A stretch of 63,741 nt of DNA, the filler included, from Hyphochytrium catenoides (Eukaryota > Protista > Hyphochytriomycota): NCBI GenBank assembly GCA_900088475.1. It is 10 parts of 10 records of this genome, joined end to end, with 100 filler letters (N's around TTAATTAATTAA, not from the genome) between each part and the next. Parts side by side here need not be neighbours in the genome. Positions count along the whole stretch, not along the records: positions 45,964 to 53,031 come from FLMG01000162.1; positions 53,132 to 55,130 come from FLMG01003023.1; positions 55,231 to 56,970 come from FLMG01001823.1; positions 57,071 to 58,987 come from FLMG01002091.1; positions 59,088 to 61,307 come from FLMG01002286.1; positions 61,408 to 63,741 come from FLMG01004164.1; 4 more parts are not named here. One strand, given 5' to 3'. A model generated the notes under the pieces. It saw nothing but the letters and a program-made list of their open reading frames with translations, had not been told where the DNA came from and ran no database searches. The stretch's first letter is position 1; each line of letters opens with the position of its first letter. Both the position numbers and the translations under genes were made by a program. This document shows, piece by piece, positions 49,210 to 61,734 of this stretch.

Positions 49210-51411
49210 CTATGAAGAAAGGGTGATCTTGGACTTCGCGTACATGCCCTCAATCTGCGCCTTGTAATGCTTCTTGGCGTCATTTCGCTTGAGCTTGAAG
49301 GTAGGCGTCAGCAAGTCGTTCTCAAGAGAGAAAGGCACAGGCTCCAGGAAGAAGTCCTTGACCTGCTCGTAGCCATTGAGCTTCTCCTGCTTCCCAATAG
49401 CCTTCAAGTCCTCCTGCACGGCTGCTCTGAAGGAAGATGACGCACAGATCTCTGCAATCGACTTCCCTTCCAGTCCGTTCTTTGGCGCCCAAATGGTCCG
49501 GACGTATTCCTCATCTGGTACAATGATCCCCACAAGGAAATGCTGCAGACTATCTCCATACACGAAGACCTGGGCGACGAGGCTGCTCTTGGTATAGGCG
49601 TTCTCTATCTTCTCCGGAGCGACATACTCGCCCTGAGACAGCTTGAAGATGTTCTTCTTTCTGTCTACAATCTTCAGGTTGCCGTTCTTTGTCCAGAGGC
49701 CAATATCTCCGCTGTGTAGCCAGCCGTCCTCATCAATGGTCTCTGCGGTCTTCTCTGGCATCTTGTAATAGCCCTTGAATACTCCTCCTCCTCTTACGCA
49801 GATCTCTCCTCGGCCCATGCAGGCCAATTCCTGCTCAGTCCCTGGCTCATGCATGGTGTCTGTGGACAGGTAGCCCATCTCTGGCACATCCACCAGCTTC
49901 ACCTCTACGCAAGGGTGAGGAATGCCCACATGACCTACCGTGAGATCATCCAAATGTTGCAACGTGCCTGCTGCGGCGGTCTCTGTCTGTCCGTATCCCT
50001 CAATGACAATGCAGCCAGGAAGGGCGATGCGATAGAACTCTAGGACATGAGGGGCAATTGGAGCAGAACCAGTAATCATCACTCTGCACCGGTCTAGACC
50101 GATCTTAGCTGAAAGCTTAGAAAAGACGAGCTTATCCCAAAGAGGGTTGAGCGTATATCCCTTGTGAAGACCATCTAGCTTTGCCTGCATAGCTTTTTTG
50201 AAGAGGAAGCTCTTTACGCCTCCTGCAGAGAGAGCAGTCCCAACGATCTTGTCATAGATGCGGTTTAACAGACGCGGGACAGAGGGGAAGAGAGTAGGCC
50301 TAAGAGTCGCCAGATCAGATGGTAGCTGGGTTGTGATGCCCTGGTAAAAGCCTACGCTACCACCAGAGATCAGGACGGAAACCATCACACATCTCTCGAA
50401 GATATGCGCCAGCGGGAGATAGGAGAGATGAACATCCTTCTCTGTCAGGTTAACCAACTTGCCTGTTGCCGTCACGTTTGCAAGGATGTTTCTGTGCGTC
50501 AACAGGGCTCCTTTCGCATCTCCGGTAGTTCCAGATGTATAACAGAAGGTAGCAACGTCATCGACAGAAGGGAGGTTGTCTGCACAAGGGTGGAGTCTGC
50601 CATAAGCTTCAACCTCTTCAAAGAGGTAGAGAGAGAGGCCGAGCTCTTGAGCCTTCTTCCTGCTCTCTTCGGGTGCTTCTCTGGCGATAAGGACAACATT
50701 CTTGAGAGACGGGCAGTTTGGTGCGGACTGGAAGACCTTTGACAGCTCCTCTTCTGTGCAGAGAATAGAGGTCAGCTGCGTCTGGTTAAGGATGTAGCAG
50801 ACAGTCTCTGGTCCTAGCGTATCGTACAGAGGGACAGTCACGCCCCGATGACGAAGGATGCCATAGGAGGCAATAGCCCACTCAGGAGAGTTCTTCAGAT
50901 AGAAGGCTAGCATCTTCATCCCGTCCACCTCAGGGATCAAGTTGAGCTTTTCGCAGCCCGCGCCGAAAGCCTTAGTACGAGCGGCGACTTCTTCATAAGA
51001 CTGCCAGTAGAAGTCCGTGGCTCCATCCTTAGTCTTCAGTCGGCGGCCAAGACAGCGGTTCGTAGGATATTTGGCTGCTGCCTTGAGGAAGGCTTCGACT
51101 GTGGAATTCTCTTCCACCTGTGTGAGCTTCTCTGGAGAGTAAATGGACCGCCGAGCAGCTGTCTCTCCTTCTTTCTTAGGCGCTGGCGACTCGACTGAGA
51201 GGAGAGCGGGAGCGTGCTTCTTCCCTGTGGGCTGCATGCGAGCCGCAATACCGGCCGCCGTTAGGCCAACAACGGCGAGGGAGGTGCCAACATACTTGAG
51301 CGTGCTGCCAGAGGAAGAGTCAGAGCTGTCTGCAGCTTCAGCAGTGGTGAGGCCAAGGAGACTGAGGGAGATAAGCGCCTTGCTGGCGGTGCTGCCAAGG
51401 TCGAAGGCCAT
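49210..51411 (-). CDS. Long-chain acyl-CoA synthetase (ACSL/LACS), intronless, about 733 aa, hydrophobic N-terminus
   Basis: AMP-binding motifs TFCYTSGTTGDAKG, SYLPLAHIFE and EGYGQTE. FACS signature DGWLHSGDIGLWTKNGNLKIVDRKKNIFKLSQGEYVAPEKIE. The first ATG (MAFDLG) is at 51411. Confidence 0.96.
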   Translation of the reverse strand: MAFDLGSTASKALISLSLLGLTTAEAADSSDSSSGSTLKYVGTSLAVVGLTAAGIAARMQPTGKKHAPALLSVESPAPKKEGETAARRSIYSPEKLTQVEENSTVEAFLKAAAKYPTNRCLGRRLKTKDGATDFYWQSYEEVAARTKAFGAGCEKLNLIPEVDGMKMLAFYLKNSPEWAIASYGILRHRGVTVPLYDTLGPETVCYILNQTQLTSILCTEEELSKVFQSAPNCPSLKNVVLIAREAPEESRKKAQELGLSLYLFEEVEAYGRLHPCADNLPSVDDVATFCYTSGTTGDAKGALLTHRNILANVTATGKLVNLTEKDVHLSYLPLAHIFERCVMVSVLISGGSVGFYQGITTQLPSDLATLRPTLFPSVPRLLNRIYDKIVGTALSAGGVKSFLFKKAMQAKLDGLHKGYTLNPLWDKLVFSKLSAKIGLDRCRVMITGSAPIAPHVLEFYRIALPGCIVIEGYGQTETAAAGTLQHLDDLTVGHVGIPHPCVEVKLVDVPEMGYLSTDTMHEPGTEQELACMGRGEICVRGGGVFKGYYKMPEKTAETIDEDGWLHSGDIGLWTKNGNLKIVDRKKNIFKLSQGEYVAPEKIENAYTKSSLVAQVFVYGDSLQHFLVGIIVPDEEYVRTIWAPKNGLEGKSIAEICASSSFRAAVQEDLKAIGKQEKLNGYEQVKDFFLEPVPFSLENDLLTPTFKLKRNDAKKHYKAQIEGMYAKSKITLSS

Positions 51412-52839
51412 GCTGCCAGTATATATATCTTCGTTGTGTCCTCTGTTCTTTGGAGCTAGGGAATATGCTTGGAAAAGCTCTGCGCGGGTTCTTGTCAGGG
51501 CGGCGGCCTGTCGGATGGGCGGAAAGTGAAGGACTAAACTAACTGCCGAGCGGTGACAAATCAAGGAAACAAGGCGGCCAATGTGGCAACACCGAGAAGG
51601 CTGAGGACTGACCGGGACTGGGACGCCACTGAGAACGAAGACGAGAGGAAAGAGGAGGAGGGCGAGACAGCAAGAGAGATGAAAGGAGAGAAGATGGGTG
51701 CTAGGGAGAGGAGAGAGACGGAGAAAGAGAAAAGGATGATGCTTGCCCCTAATTTATGATGAGTGAACGCAGAGTAGAACTAGCTGTCAATGAAGAGAGA
51801 GGAGGGAAAGAGGAAGGCTAAGCACCAGGGCAAGCCAAGTGAAGGAAAGAGAAGGAAAGACGGACATCAAGCTAGCAAACAGAAGAAACGATGGAAGAGG
51901 AAGAGAACCTTTCCTAGACGCTGGTTGGGAGCATCAAGGAAAAACCAAGGCAATCAGGGATAGAGAAGGCGGAAGAACGAAAGAGAGAGAGAGANNNNNN
52001 NNNNNNNNNNNNNNNNNNNNNNNNNNNNNNNNNNNNNNNNNNNNNNNNNNNNNNNNNNNNNNNNNNNNNNNNNNNNNNNNNNNNNNNAGAGGAAGAAACA
52101 AGAAAGAAAGTGAAAGGATCTGATGCTTCGGATTCTGAAGAGCGTGGCTGTCAGATCTGCCTTCAATATCCCAAGGATACGCCGCTATCGGGCTGTCAGA
52201 AGCAATCTTAGTCCTCTTAGGCCCTCTCCATACCTAATCCTTTGCCGCCACCATTGGTCATCAGACCCGCCCACGTCCACCATGAAACTTACTGACCAAT
52301 ATAGTACGCCCAGAAAGTTGCAGCAACCAATACGATCGAGCTGGCGTAGCTATGTAGTAATATGTATTCGGATATCGGTGTAGGCTGTCAAATATTACAG
52401 GCAAAGACAAAAGATAGATCCGGTTTTTACTGCTTTAGCCTCGCGGTCCAATTGTGGACGGGTTGCTTTCGGTGCTTCTGTCTTTCCTTCCCTCTGCTGT
52501 GAATGTGAGGAAGAGGTAATAGGGGCGAAGACAGAGTGACGAAGAAAGGTTCTCCACATAAGGCATCTGCCAACATTTTGTCAAGACAGAGCGACAATGA
52601 GGGGAGAGTTCGAAGGGGGTTGGACAGCCTTGGCTAAATCGATGGATGACAAGACCATCAAGTCAGAACTCTCTTCTGTGGCTACCTTTCCTGGTCACAA
52701 ACAGGAGGAGGAATTGAGAAGTGAGGGAGGGACAACAGGAAAGTCTACCGGTCGTTGTAAAAGCGAAGACGTAGATTGTGCCTTTATAAGAAAAGGGCGA
52801 AGAAGACCCACACTGGCGGAACGAGAAAAAGAAACTTCT

Positions 52840-52910
52840 TGCATCTGCCGGGAATCGAACCCGGGACACCTCGATGGCAACGAGGTATTTTACCACTAAA
52901 CTACAGATGC
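52840..52910 (-). tRNA. tRNA-Gly (GCC)
   Basis: GCATCTGTAGTTTAGTGGTAAAATACCTCGTTGCCATCGAGGTGTCCCGGGTTCGATTCCCGGCAGATGCA has acceptor stem GCATCTG/CAGATGC, anticodon stem CCTCG/CGAGG with GCC, and a GTTCGA T-loop. CCA is not encoded. A T-rich Pol III terminator (TTTCTTTTT) follows. Confidence 0.97.
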
Positions 52911-53229
52911 GCCATCCGTGACTATGGGAGACGGCAGCGTATCTACACCCTGCGTGTGGTCCGAAACGCTTCCCTCGCCCTCCATCAGTTAAGTGATGCA
53001 ACTTTTTGAGAGTCAATAACTTTTTTTTTACNNNNNNNNNNNNNNNNNNNNNNNNNNNNNNNNNNNNNNNNNNNNTTAATTAATTAANNNNNNNNNNNNN
53101 NNNNNNNNNNNNNNNNNNNNNNNNNNNNNNNGGTCTGCAAAAGTGAAAGTTTCATAATGTAAATTTCGGAGAATAAGTGTTAGACATCTCCGTTTACTCC
53201 GTACTGGGTAAACGCGGGAATATAGTTAG

Positions 53230-54030
53230 TGCTAAGCCGTTGCCCGTTGCTAGATTCGCTGCCTTTTCCCTAAACCGCTACCTTTTCTTCCTCACTGCGC
53301 AATCCGCTGCCCTAACCTTCTGCCTATCCTACCCTGACCTATCCCTAGCCCGCTCCCTATGTTATTCTAACCCGCTGCCCCTTCCCAAATCCGCTGCTTT
53401 ATCCCTAACCCGCTACCCTTTCTTACCCGCTGCGTAATCCGCTGCGCTAATCTGCTGCCTATCCTACCCTAACCTATCCATAACCCTAACCCTATCATAT
53501 TCTAACCCGCTGCCCCATCCCAAATCCCCTGCCTTATCTTTAACCCGCTACCCTTCCTTACCCGTTTTTGTAAACCCGCTGCCATCCCCCGCTACCTATC
53601 CCTAACCCACTGCCTATCCCTAACCCGCTCCCTATCTTATATTACTCCGCTGCGCAATCCCTACCCCACTGCCTTGACCCTAACCCGCTCATCTTTGTTA
53701 CCCGCTAGCTAACCCGCTGCTCTTATTTTGACCCCTGCTTTTTTCTTCACCGGTTGCACTGTGCTTCCTTCCCTATTCTGCTCGACATCACTAACTCTTA
53801 CCCGCTCCCTAGTCCGCTGCTCGTTCTCTCTTTCTCTGGCCCTTTTCTAACCCGCTGCCCTTTCCCTAACCCCCTGCCCTTTGCTGCCATCTCGCTCACC
53901 CGCTCACTAACCCGACCACTAACCCGCTCACTAACTCGCCAAACCCGTTTCAACCCGCTAACTACCCTCTCTCTAGCTCGCTTGCTAACAAACTCCCTAT
54001 CCTGCTGTTTTTCTGAACGCGCTGCACTTT
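53230..54030. repeat. Degenerate CCCTAA-containing (telomere-like) satellite with 135-bp higher-order duplication
   Basis: Many CCCTAACCCGCT variants are present, including TAACCCTAACCC at about 53481. 53268-53402 and 53403-53537 are diverged copies with period 135. Confidence 0.75.
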
Positions 54031-56489
54031 CCTCATGCCCTTTCTCTTACCAGCTCCCCGTTCCAACTAAACTGCCCTGTGCCTAACTCCTCAGCCCTTA
54101 CCAGCGGCCTAGCCCTGATGCTTCCTCCTGTATTCCGGACCGCCGGATTTGTGCTTGTGCTCTAATGCTTCATACCCCTACTTATGTCATCCCGACATAC
54201 CTACTACCCTACTACCCTATTTCAACCTTTTCCGTACTCTACACCTTCTCGCGAAACTCCATCCTGAGGACAATGTTCTTGGTGCTCTTTCCCTCCCTTG
54301 TTTCTTGAGTTTATTTCTCTTTCTCGCTAGCACCACTGCCCTCCTCCGTATCTTTCATAACATGAAAATGCTCCTTTTTTTAGCAACTACTCTCCCATAC
54401 TCTTCTCTAACCTTGCAAATGCCCACTCAATTTTGCGCTCCTAACTCTACTACCCCGACTTCAATCATTCGTATCGAGGTTTTAACACTGATTCACATGC
54501 GTTGACCAACCACACCCTAAAGTCTCCCTTAATCCTACTTCCCCGCTCCTGGTTTCCTCTGCTTATTCTCAGCGAACTCCATCCTCTGGCTAAATCCGTT
54601 CTCGCCCTTTATCCACCTTGCTCTTCGTCTTTATCTCACTTTCACCCTATTATAACAACTGCTCCCACTATCTTACCTTTCCTTAGATTGCCTCTTCGTT
54701 AGCCATTCACCTCTGCTTGTCACTTCTACTCCGATAATTCAGGTTTACTTCTCGAGTGTGACTGTCGCTCTCCTTCGCGCTGTATCTCTTATTTTCCCTA
54801 GTCCCTGCTTAGGGGGAAAACGAAGAGATCTCTGAAATAAAGGGTGAGTGGAAGAGGTAGACGGAGATTAAGCATGAAGTATGTGAAGCACAGTATTTTG
54901 CCCACTGACGAAGAGCCTGCACCCATAATATTAGTCACTCCTCCATTAGTCAGGCTTTCCTTTAAGGTCAGCAGGAGAAGAACCGTTATTGCCATTAATA
55001 ACGCCGTCATATCAATATCTTTGGACTTTCACCGACAACTGCTAGGCAGCCAAAGGAGTGCGATAATGTTGGGATAGACAATAAATTGAGTTGAATCAAT
55101 TTGGGCATCAATCCTTGGAATGCTTTTGATNNNNNNNNNNNNNNNNNNNNNNNNNNNNNNNNNNNNNNNNNNNNTTAATTAATTAANNNNNNNNNNNNNN
55201 NNNNNNNNNNNNNNNNNNNNNNNNNNNNNNGTCATTGGATATCTGTAGAAGAATGCTCTTTTCCCGGGACCCAACTACCCCCCAACATCAGAAGGCGAAG
55301 CATGAATAGAAAATCCGTAAATAGTGCTTATTGCCGACATGTGCTAGGAGGTACCCGCCTGCAGGAGGAAGACTGCGTAGCTTTTTCCAGCAGAAGACCC
55401 AAAAAGCACCTTCTAGATGTCGCCTCGCTAAACTCTACAACTCAGGCTTTCTAAGTAGAACCACGTGCAAATGGGTAAACCACGCAAGCATACCCAGCAT
55501 CAAAGATACTTGCCGGCCTAGCACCTTAGATATCATAACACCTAAATTATCTCTAAACGCTGCAGACTTTTGTAGCTAGAATGGGCTGAGCATTGACGAC
55601 ACATCTCTAGAGGGAACCAGCACTCACAATTGCCAAGGCGGAAGGGTGACGGCGTTGGAGTTCATGGTGCGTGTCCACCAGTTTGTGGTGAGGCCCCTTC
55701 TCACCTTACCGCAGGCCCTAGCCAGAATAACAGTGAAGAAGAATGGACTCTTTGGCCTTCATAATTGATTTTATCAGTGCAGCAAAGCAGTTTCTTTTGG
55801 AATTTAGCAGCGGTAGTAGCCAAGTATGGTACGTGTTACTCTCCAGTAACATAGTTCTACAGCTATTTCCATGTGGCAGTTCTTCATGGTTCCCGGAAAG
55901 GCAAGCCACTCAGTGTATCCTTGACTAGCAGATTACTTCCCTCTTTTTATTATGACTTCTGCGCCCTGCTCTTGCCTTGTCCTCTCTCCATAGCGGCGCT
56001 TAGAACTACATGGTCACTGCCACTGCTGAACTCTTTGGTTCTATTCCTCCTCTTCATTGAGTGCGAGTATTAGAAGCAGAAGAAAATCAGGTTTAAGATA
56101 CACGCTGGTTCAGCATGAGACAACAAGGACACAACTGGCATGCACTGGAGAGGTAGGAAGTGCTGAAAAGAACAAGAACTTCAACTCATACGCAGATTCT
56201 GCCCTGACGCTAACAACCGTCCCTCTCATTCAAGTCGCCTTAGCTCCTCGTCAGATGCTGCCGTGGCGAGACTCAGCGGAAGACAGTGGACAGTGGAGTA
56301 CCGCTGCTACTTACGCTCACCCATCATCCATCCTCCTTCCTCCGTCCCCTTCGTTGTCTGCTACCCAGTTTGAGTTGTTGCTGGTGAATTGCAATGGGTG
56401 TACCGAATAACAAGGACAGAGGAAACAAGTCTGCTGTTCTATGTTCATGTCTCTGGCACTCTTGGGTGTCTCTTCTTCTTGAGTTCTCA

Positions 56490-58278
56490 TCCCCTCTCTC
56501 GCTCTGCCTCTCTCTCTCTCTCTTCCTTCCTTCTCTTTTCTCTCTCCAAATGTCTGCACTTCTTGTCCCCTCATCAAACCTCTCTAAACCGAACTCTGTC
56601 TCTTGCGTGTCTCATCTCTCTCCACGTTTGTCCTCTCTCTTTCTCTCTCTCTCTCTCTGTTCTCTCTCTCTCTATCGCTCTGTCTCCCTCTAGCAATAGG
56701 ACCGCACATCTGCTTATGAGGGTTGGCAAGTAAGAAGGTGCGCACAATACCGCTCTCTGTCAGTTACAAGGTTTATCCCCATTCTACAATGGGGTAGCTT
56801 AGAACCCTCAGCGTGCGTAAACACTCCTCGTTTGTGCGCTTAGCTCTCAGGAGCATTTCTAAGATCACAAATGACCCACATTGGCCCGTACTACTTGACG
56901 TTAAGCCCCTTTAGCCCTATCAGTTGATGGTACTACTACTGCGAGGCACAGTTCAGGAGGGTTAGATCAGNNNNNNNNNNNNNNNNNNNNNNNNNNNNNN
57001 NNNNNNNNNNNNNNTTAATTAATTAANNNNNNNNNNNNNNNNNNNNNNNNNNNNNNNNNNNNNNNNNNNNTACACTCCTCTTCCCACCGACCCGATAGCC
57101 GTTAGCGGCCCTTGGTTCAAAAGATCCGGACCAGCGGAGGCTGGGTCACACCTCTTAGGCCGTTTGGGAGGGAAGGACCAGTGAGGTCCAAGATACTCCT
57201 ACCCTTGTGGTTCTTCTGTCGTACTTCCTGCCCGTAGAACTAGAACTACCTACCCTTTATCCCCACTTGCCTCTTCTCTCTCTCTCTCTCTCTCTCGGTC
57301 TGTCTCTCTAGCTTGGTCTCTCTCTCTCGCTCACTCTCTTTCTTTGTTCTTTCTCCGTCTTATTCTTGTTTCTCTTGTCAACTTATCCTTGGCTTCTGCT
57401 CTCTTTCTAGATGGCCTCTCTCTCTCTCTCTCTCTCTNNNNNNNNNNNNNNNNNNNNNNNNNNNNNNNNNNNNNNNNNNNNNTCCTTATCAAACTTATTT
57501 GGCTGCTTTGTCTCAGTGGCTCGACTAGCAGCAAATTTTACTCAAGAACCGTCCTCCTAAACCCTATACATCCGCCATGTGCCAGCCATATGGCAAACTC
57601 AACCGAATCTAAGCAAATCTCTCAAGTCGATAAAGCCTACATGGGCTATAGGCAATATCAAAGTCTCGAAGATAGTAAAGACAGTCCCGAATATAGTTTC
57701 TAAACGTATTCCGCCCAGCATGGTCCCAAAAGTATAGGGTCGCGTTGTGGAAGCTGGTGGCTGCTTGGGTCAGGCCCATGCCCAACAGTTCTATTAACCT
57801 TGTGTTCTTCTGGGTGCCTGACCTGCCGCATGCAAGGCTTCAACTGACCAAAACTCCTCCTTTCCGACGCTGTGTGTGAGCAAGGTGGACGACAGTCTAA
57901 CGATTTCCCGCGGTGTTAACATAGAAGAGAAGCATGCTGACCAAATTCTTGGGTCAATTTTCTTGGAGGTCTGGGTATCAAAATAGCGGAGCCCCAGGGA
58001 GGCTAACATTTGACAAGGATGAGGGGGCAACTCCGACAATCTGGCCAGTGTAGGATCGGAAGTATTCATTCCTTTCTTTTTAAAATGATTATTTCGTGGC
58101 AAGTACTTTTTACACAACTAATCTCAATGTTTCTTGAAGAACGCTGAATAGTTTCATGGAGTGAAACATTACGGATTGGTCTATTTTGGGTTCTGTGGGT
58201 TTCCCCCGCTTTCTTTCTCTCTCTCTCTCTCTCTGTTTCTCCTTCTCTCTCTTTCTCTCTTTCTCTCTCTCTCTCTGT

Positions 58279-58322
<44 letters not shown>

Positions 58323-59308
58323 CTCCTTCTCTCTCTTTCTCTCTTTCTCTCTCTCTCTGTTTCTCTTTCTCTCTCTCTCTCTCTCTCTGTCACGGTTTTT
58401 CAATCTGTCTCTTTCCCTGTTTCTCTTTCTCTCTCGTTTCTCTCTCTCCCCATCCCATTTCTCGCTTTCTGTGTGTGTCTCTCTCTCACTCTCTCTCTCT
58501 CTCCATCTTCACAGAAGCCAAATTAACTGAATGGACTGGCTTCCTCCCACTTCCTCGTCCGAGAGAGATTGTGGGCAAGCTAAAGCCTCCCAAGCCATAG
58601 CCTCTTTCTTCATTTCTTCCCTCGTCACGACCTGCATCCAATCTTCATCAGTCGTCTCATCATCAACATCATCTCTTTCCCTTCTACTTCGTCCTCATGT
58701 CTCCTAGCTCCTAAGCGTGTGGCAGAAGCCAGGGGAAGACAAAGAAGACAATAACGAAGGTGGTGACGCCATCGAAGCAAGAAGAGAAAGCATTCCTCTC
58801 TGTCTCGCTCCACTTTGAACACTTTTCCCGTCTTTACACTAGAACCGACTACTCTCTCTCTCTTGAGCCATCATCTTCATTGGATCTTCATTCTCCTGAA
58901 GTTGATTGATGGGCTCGAGCGACGCTCTAGCGCTAGTGATGTCAGGCGATTTGTATGCTCACGCCATCAGATGCTCAGATGAGGAGCNNNNNNNNNNNNN
59001 NNNNNNNNNNNNNNNNNNNNNNNNNNNNNNNTTAATTAATTAANNNNNNNNNNNNNNNNNNNNNNNNNNNNNNNNNNNNNNNNNNNNTCAAGAAGCAGAA
59101 AATAAAGAAACAAAGGCCACACTCTTTCTCTCTCTCTCTTCCTCTCCCGCTTCTCTTCTCTCTCTCTTCTCTCTCCCCCTCTGCCGTTCAGTCTTACCTT
59201 CTGCTGCGAGTGTTGTGAGGAAGTTGAAGATTCATCGTCGAAGCCTGTCATGTCCACGTCCCCGCCCACCCAACGCTTCGCCACCTTGTCAAACATCATC
59301 TAAGGGGA

Positions 59309-59356
<48 letters not shown>

Positions 59357-60091
59357 TGAGTGAGAAAGAGACAGAGAGAGAGGGAGAGAGATTGAGAGAA
59401 AGAGAACCGGGCCGGTGAGGGCCGTGGGGCAGTGTATGAGAAGAGGAGGTAATAAGAAAACACTGGGGATCAAGATAACCATTTCTTTAAATGGGGAGAG
59501 AGAGAGAAAAGAGAAGAGAGAAAATAGGAGACAGAGAGAGAGAGAGCGTCCGGAGATCAACGGAACAAAGTGCCTTGAACCAGACAAAGACGAGAACTTG
59601 TTGACCAGAGAAGAGCTGGGCAAGTAGAAGAAGGGAGACAGAGAGGAAGAAAGGAAGGAGAAGAACAAACGAAAAAGATTTTGGTAGATAAGACGGAGAG
59701 AGAGAGAGTGAGAGAGAGTGAGAGAGAGAGAGAGAGAGAGANNNNNNNNNNNNNNNNNNNNNNCCTGAGAGATCCACACTGTCTCCCGTCTGCCAGGTCT
59801 GCGTCACACGGTCAAAAGCGACCTGGGAGAGAAAGAACAAGAAAGAGAACAGGCAAGACGAAGCTTTCTCAGATACATGTTCTTTCTCTCTCTCTCTCTC
59901 TCTCTCTCTTGCTCTCTCTCTCTCTCTCTTGCTCTGTCTCTATCTCTGTGTCTCTCTTGCTCTGTCTCTCTCTCCGTCTCTCTTGCTCTCTTTTGTGCTC
60001 TCTTGCTCTCTCTCTCCCCTCTTTCTTGACTCCGGACTTCCAGCGCACTCCTTTGTCTCCAACCCACCGTCAGGTTGCGTCTTTCCTCCTG

Positions 60092-60137
<46 letters not shown>

Positions 60138-61687
60138 CCTCTATCTTTTTCTAATTCTCTTCCTCTCTCTCTCTCGCATTCTCCCTTCCTGTATCTGTGT
60201 GCGTCTTTCTGTCTGTTGCCCCTACTTCCCTCACTGTTCTTTCATCTTTCTCTCTCTCTCTCTCTGTCTTGCTCTCTCTCTCACCTCTGCCTTGAGGTTG
60301 GCCAGCGCTTCTTTCATGGTTTCAGGCCCCAGGAGAAGCGGTCCTCCCGTCTCTCTCTCCAGAGAGGAAGAAGCCGCCGCCTTCACCGCCGCTGCCGCGA
60401 GTTCTGAGACAGAGAATTGGGAGGGAGGAGCCTGAAGCTTTTCTAATACCGCAGAGAACTGGCCCTCGGGCGGCACTGTGAGGGAGAGAGAGAGAGAGAG
60501 AGAGACAGAGAGGGAGAGAAAGAGAAACAGAGAGAGAGAAACAGAGAGAGAGAGAAACACAGAGAGGGAGAGAGCAGAGAGAGAGAAAACAGAGAGAGAG
60601 AAAGAGAGAGAGAGTGAGAGAGACAGAGACAGAGACAGAGACAGGCAGAGAGAGAGTAAAAGAGAGAGAGAGAGAGAGAAAAACAGTGAGAGAGAGAGAG
60701 AGAGAAACAGTGCGAGAGAGAGAGAGAAGCAGGGAGAGAGAGAGAGGGAGAGAGAGAGGGAGAAAAGAGACAGAGAAGAGAGAATGACAGAGAGATAGAG
60801 CGAGAGCCAGAGAAGGAATGGGAGGCAGGAGGAGAGAGAATGAGGGAGGGAGGGAGAGAGAGAGAGAGAAGGAGGGAGAGAGAGGGAGAGACAAAGGCAC
60901 AATAGGAGCGGGGCAGAGCCAAGAAAAGTTGGAAAGGAGAGAGAAAGTACGGATGGAATGAGAGAAAGGAAAGAGTATGAAATGGAGGTCGGAGGCAACC
61001 CGGCATGAAGAGCAACTGTACAGAGAGAGAAAGAGAGAGAAAAGAAGGGAGTGAGAGAGGGAGATAAAGAGAAGAGTGAGAGAGACAAGTAGAGGAAAGA
61101 GAGAGAACACAAAGAAACACACGAAGAAGAGACAGAAGAAATGGAAAATAAGTGAGAGACACAGAGAGGAAGAGAGACTAAGAGAGGGACAAAGAGAGGA
61201 GAGAGAAAGAGACTGAGAGAGGGAAAAAAGAAAGAGACGAGAGAGAAAAGACTGAGAGAGAGAAAGAGAGAGAGAGAGAGAGAAAAAGAGAGAGAAAGAG
61301 AGAGAGANNNNNNNNNNNNNNNNNNNNNNNNNNNNNNNNNNNNNNNNNNNNTTAATTAATTAANNNNNNNNNNNNNNNNNNNNNNNNNNNNNNNNNNNNN
61401 NNNNNNNGAGAGAGAGAGAGAGAGAGAGGAAGGAAAGGGGGAGAGAGAGAGGACGAAGAAAAGAGAGGAGAAAAGAGAGAGAGAAAAACAAGAGAGAGAA
61501 AGAGAGAGAGAGAGAGCAAAGAAAAGAGAGAGAAAGAGAGAGAGAGAGAAAGAAAAGAGGGAAGGGCGGGGAAAAAGAGAAAAAAGGGAAAGAGAGGTTG
61601 TGCGTGGCAGAGAGAATGGAGAGAGAGGGAGAGAAGGAACGAATATCGGGTTCAGAAAGGGGGCGACTCGTCAGAGAGAGAGACAGA

Positions 61688-61734
<47 letters not shown>

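Noticed and set aside
51412-51564. N-terminal extension of the LACS ORF in the ORF track
   Set aside because: It depends on a non-ATG start. The first ATG is at 51411.
53230-54030. Gly/Ser-rich (GSGLGI)n protein on the minus strand
   Set aside because: The frame is not maintained between units and stops are frequent, so it behaves as a non-coding satellite.
54100-58150. Possible transposon or gene relics in the short contigs
   Set aside because: Some protein-like stretches with stops are present, but no recognisable RT, integrase, transposase or helicase motif could be supported by eye.
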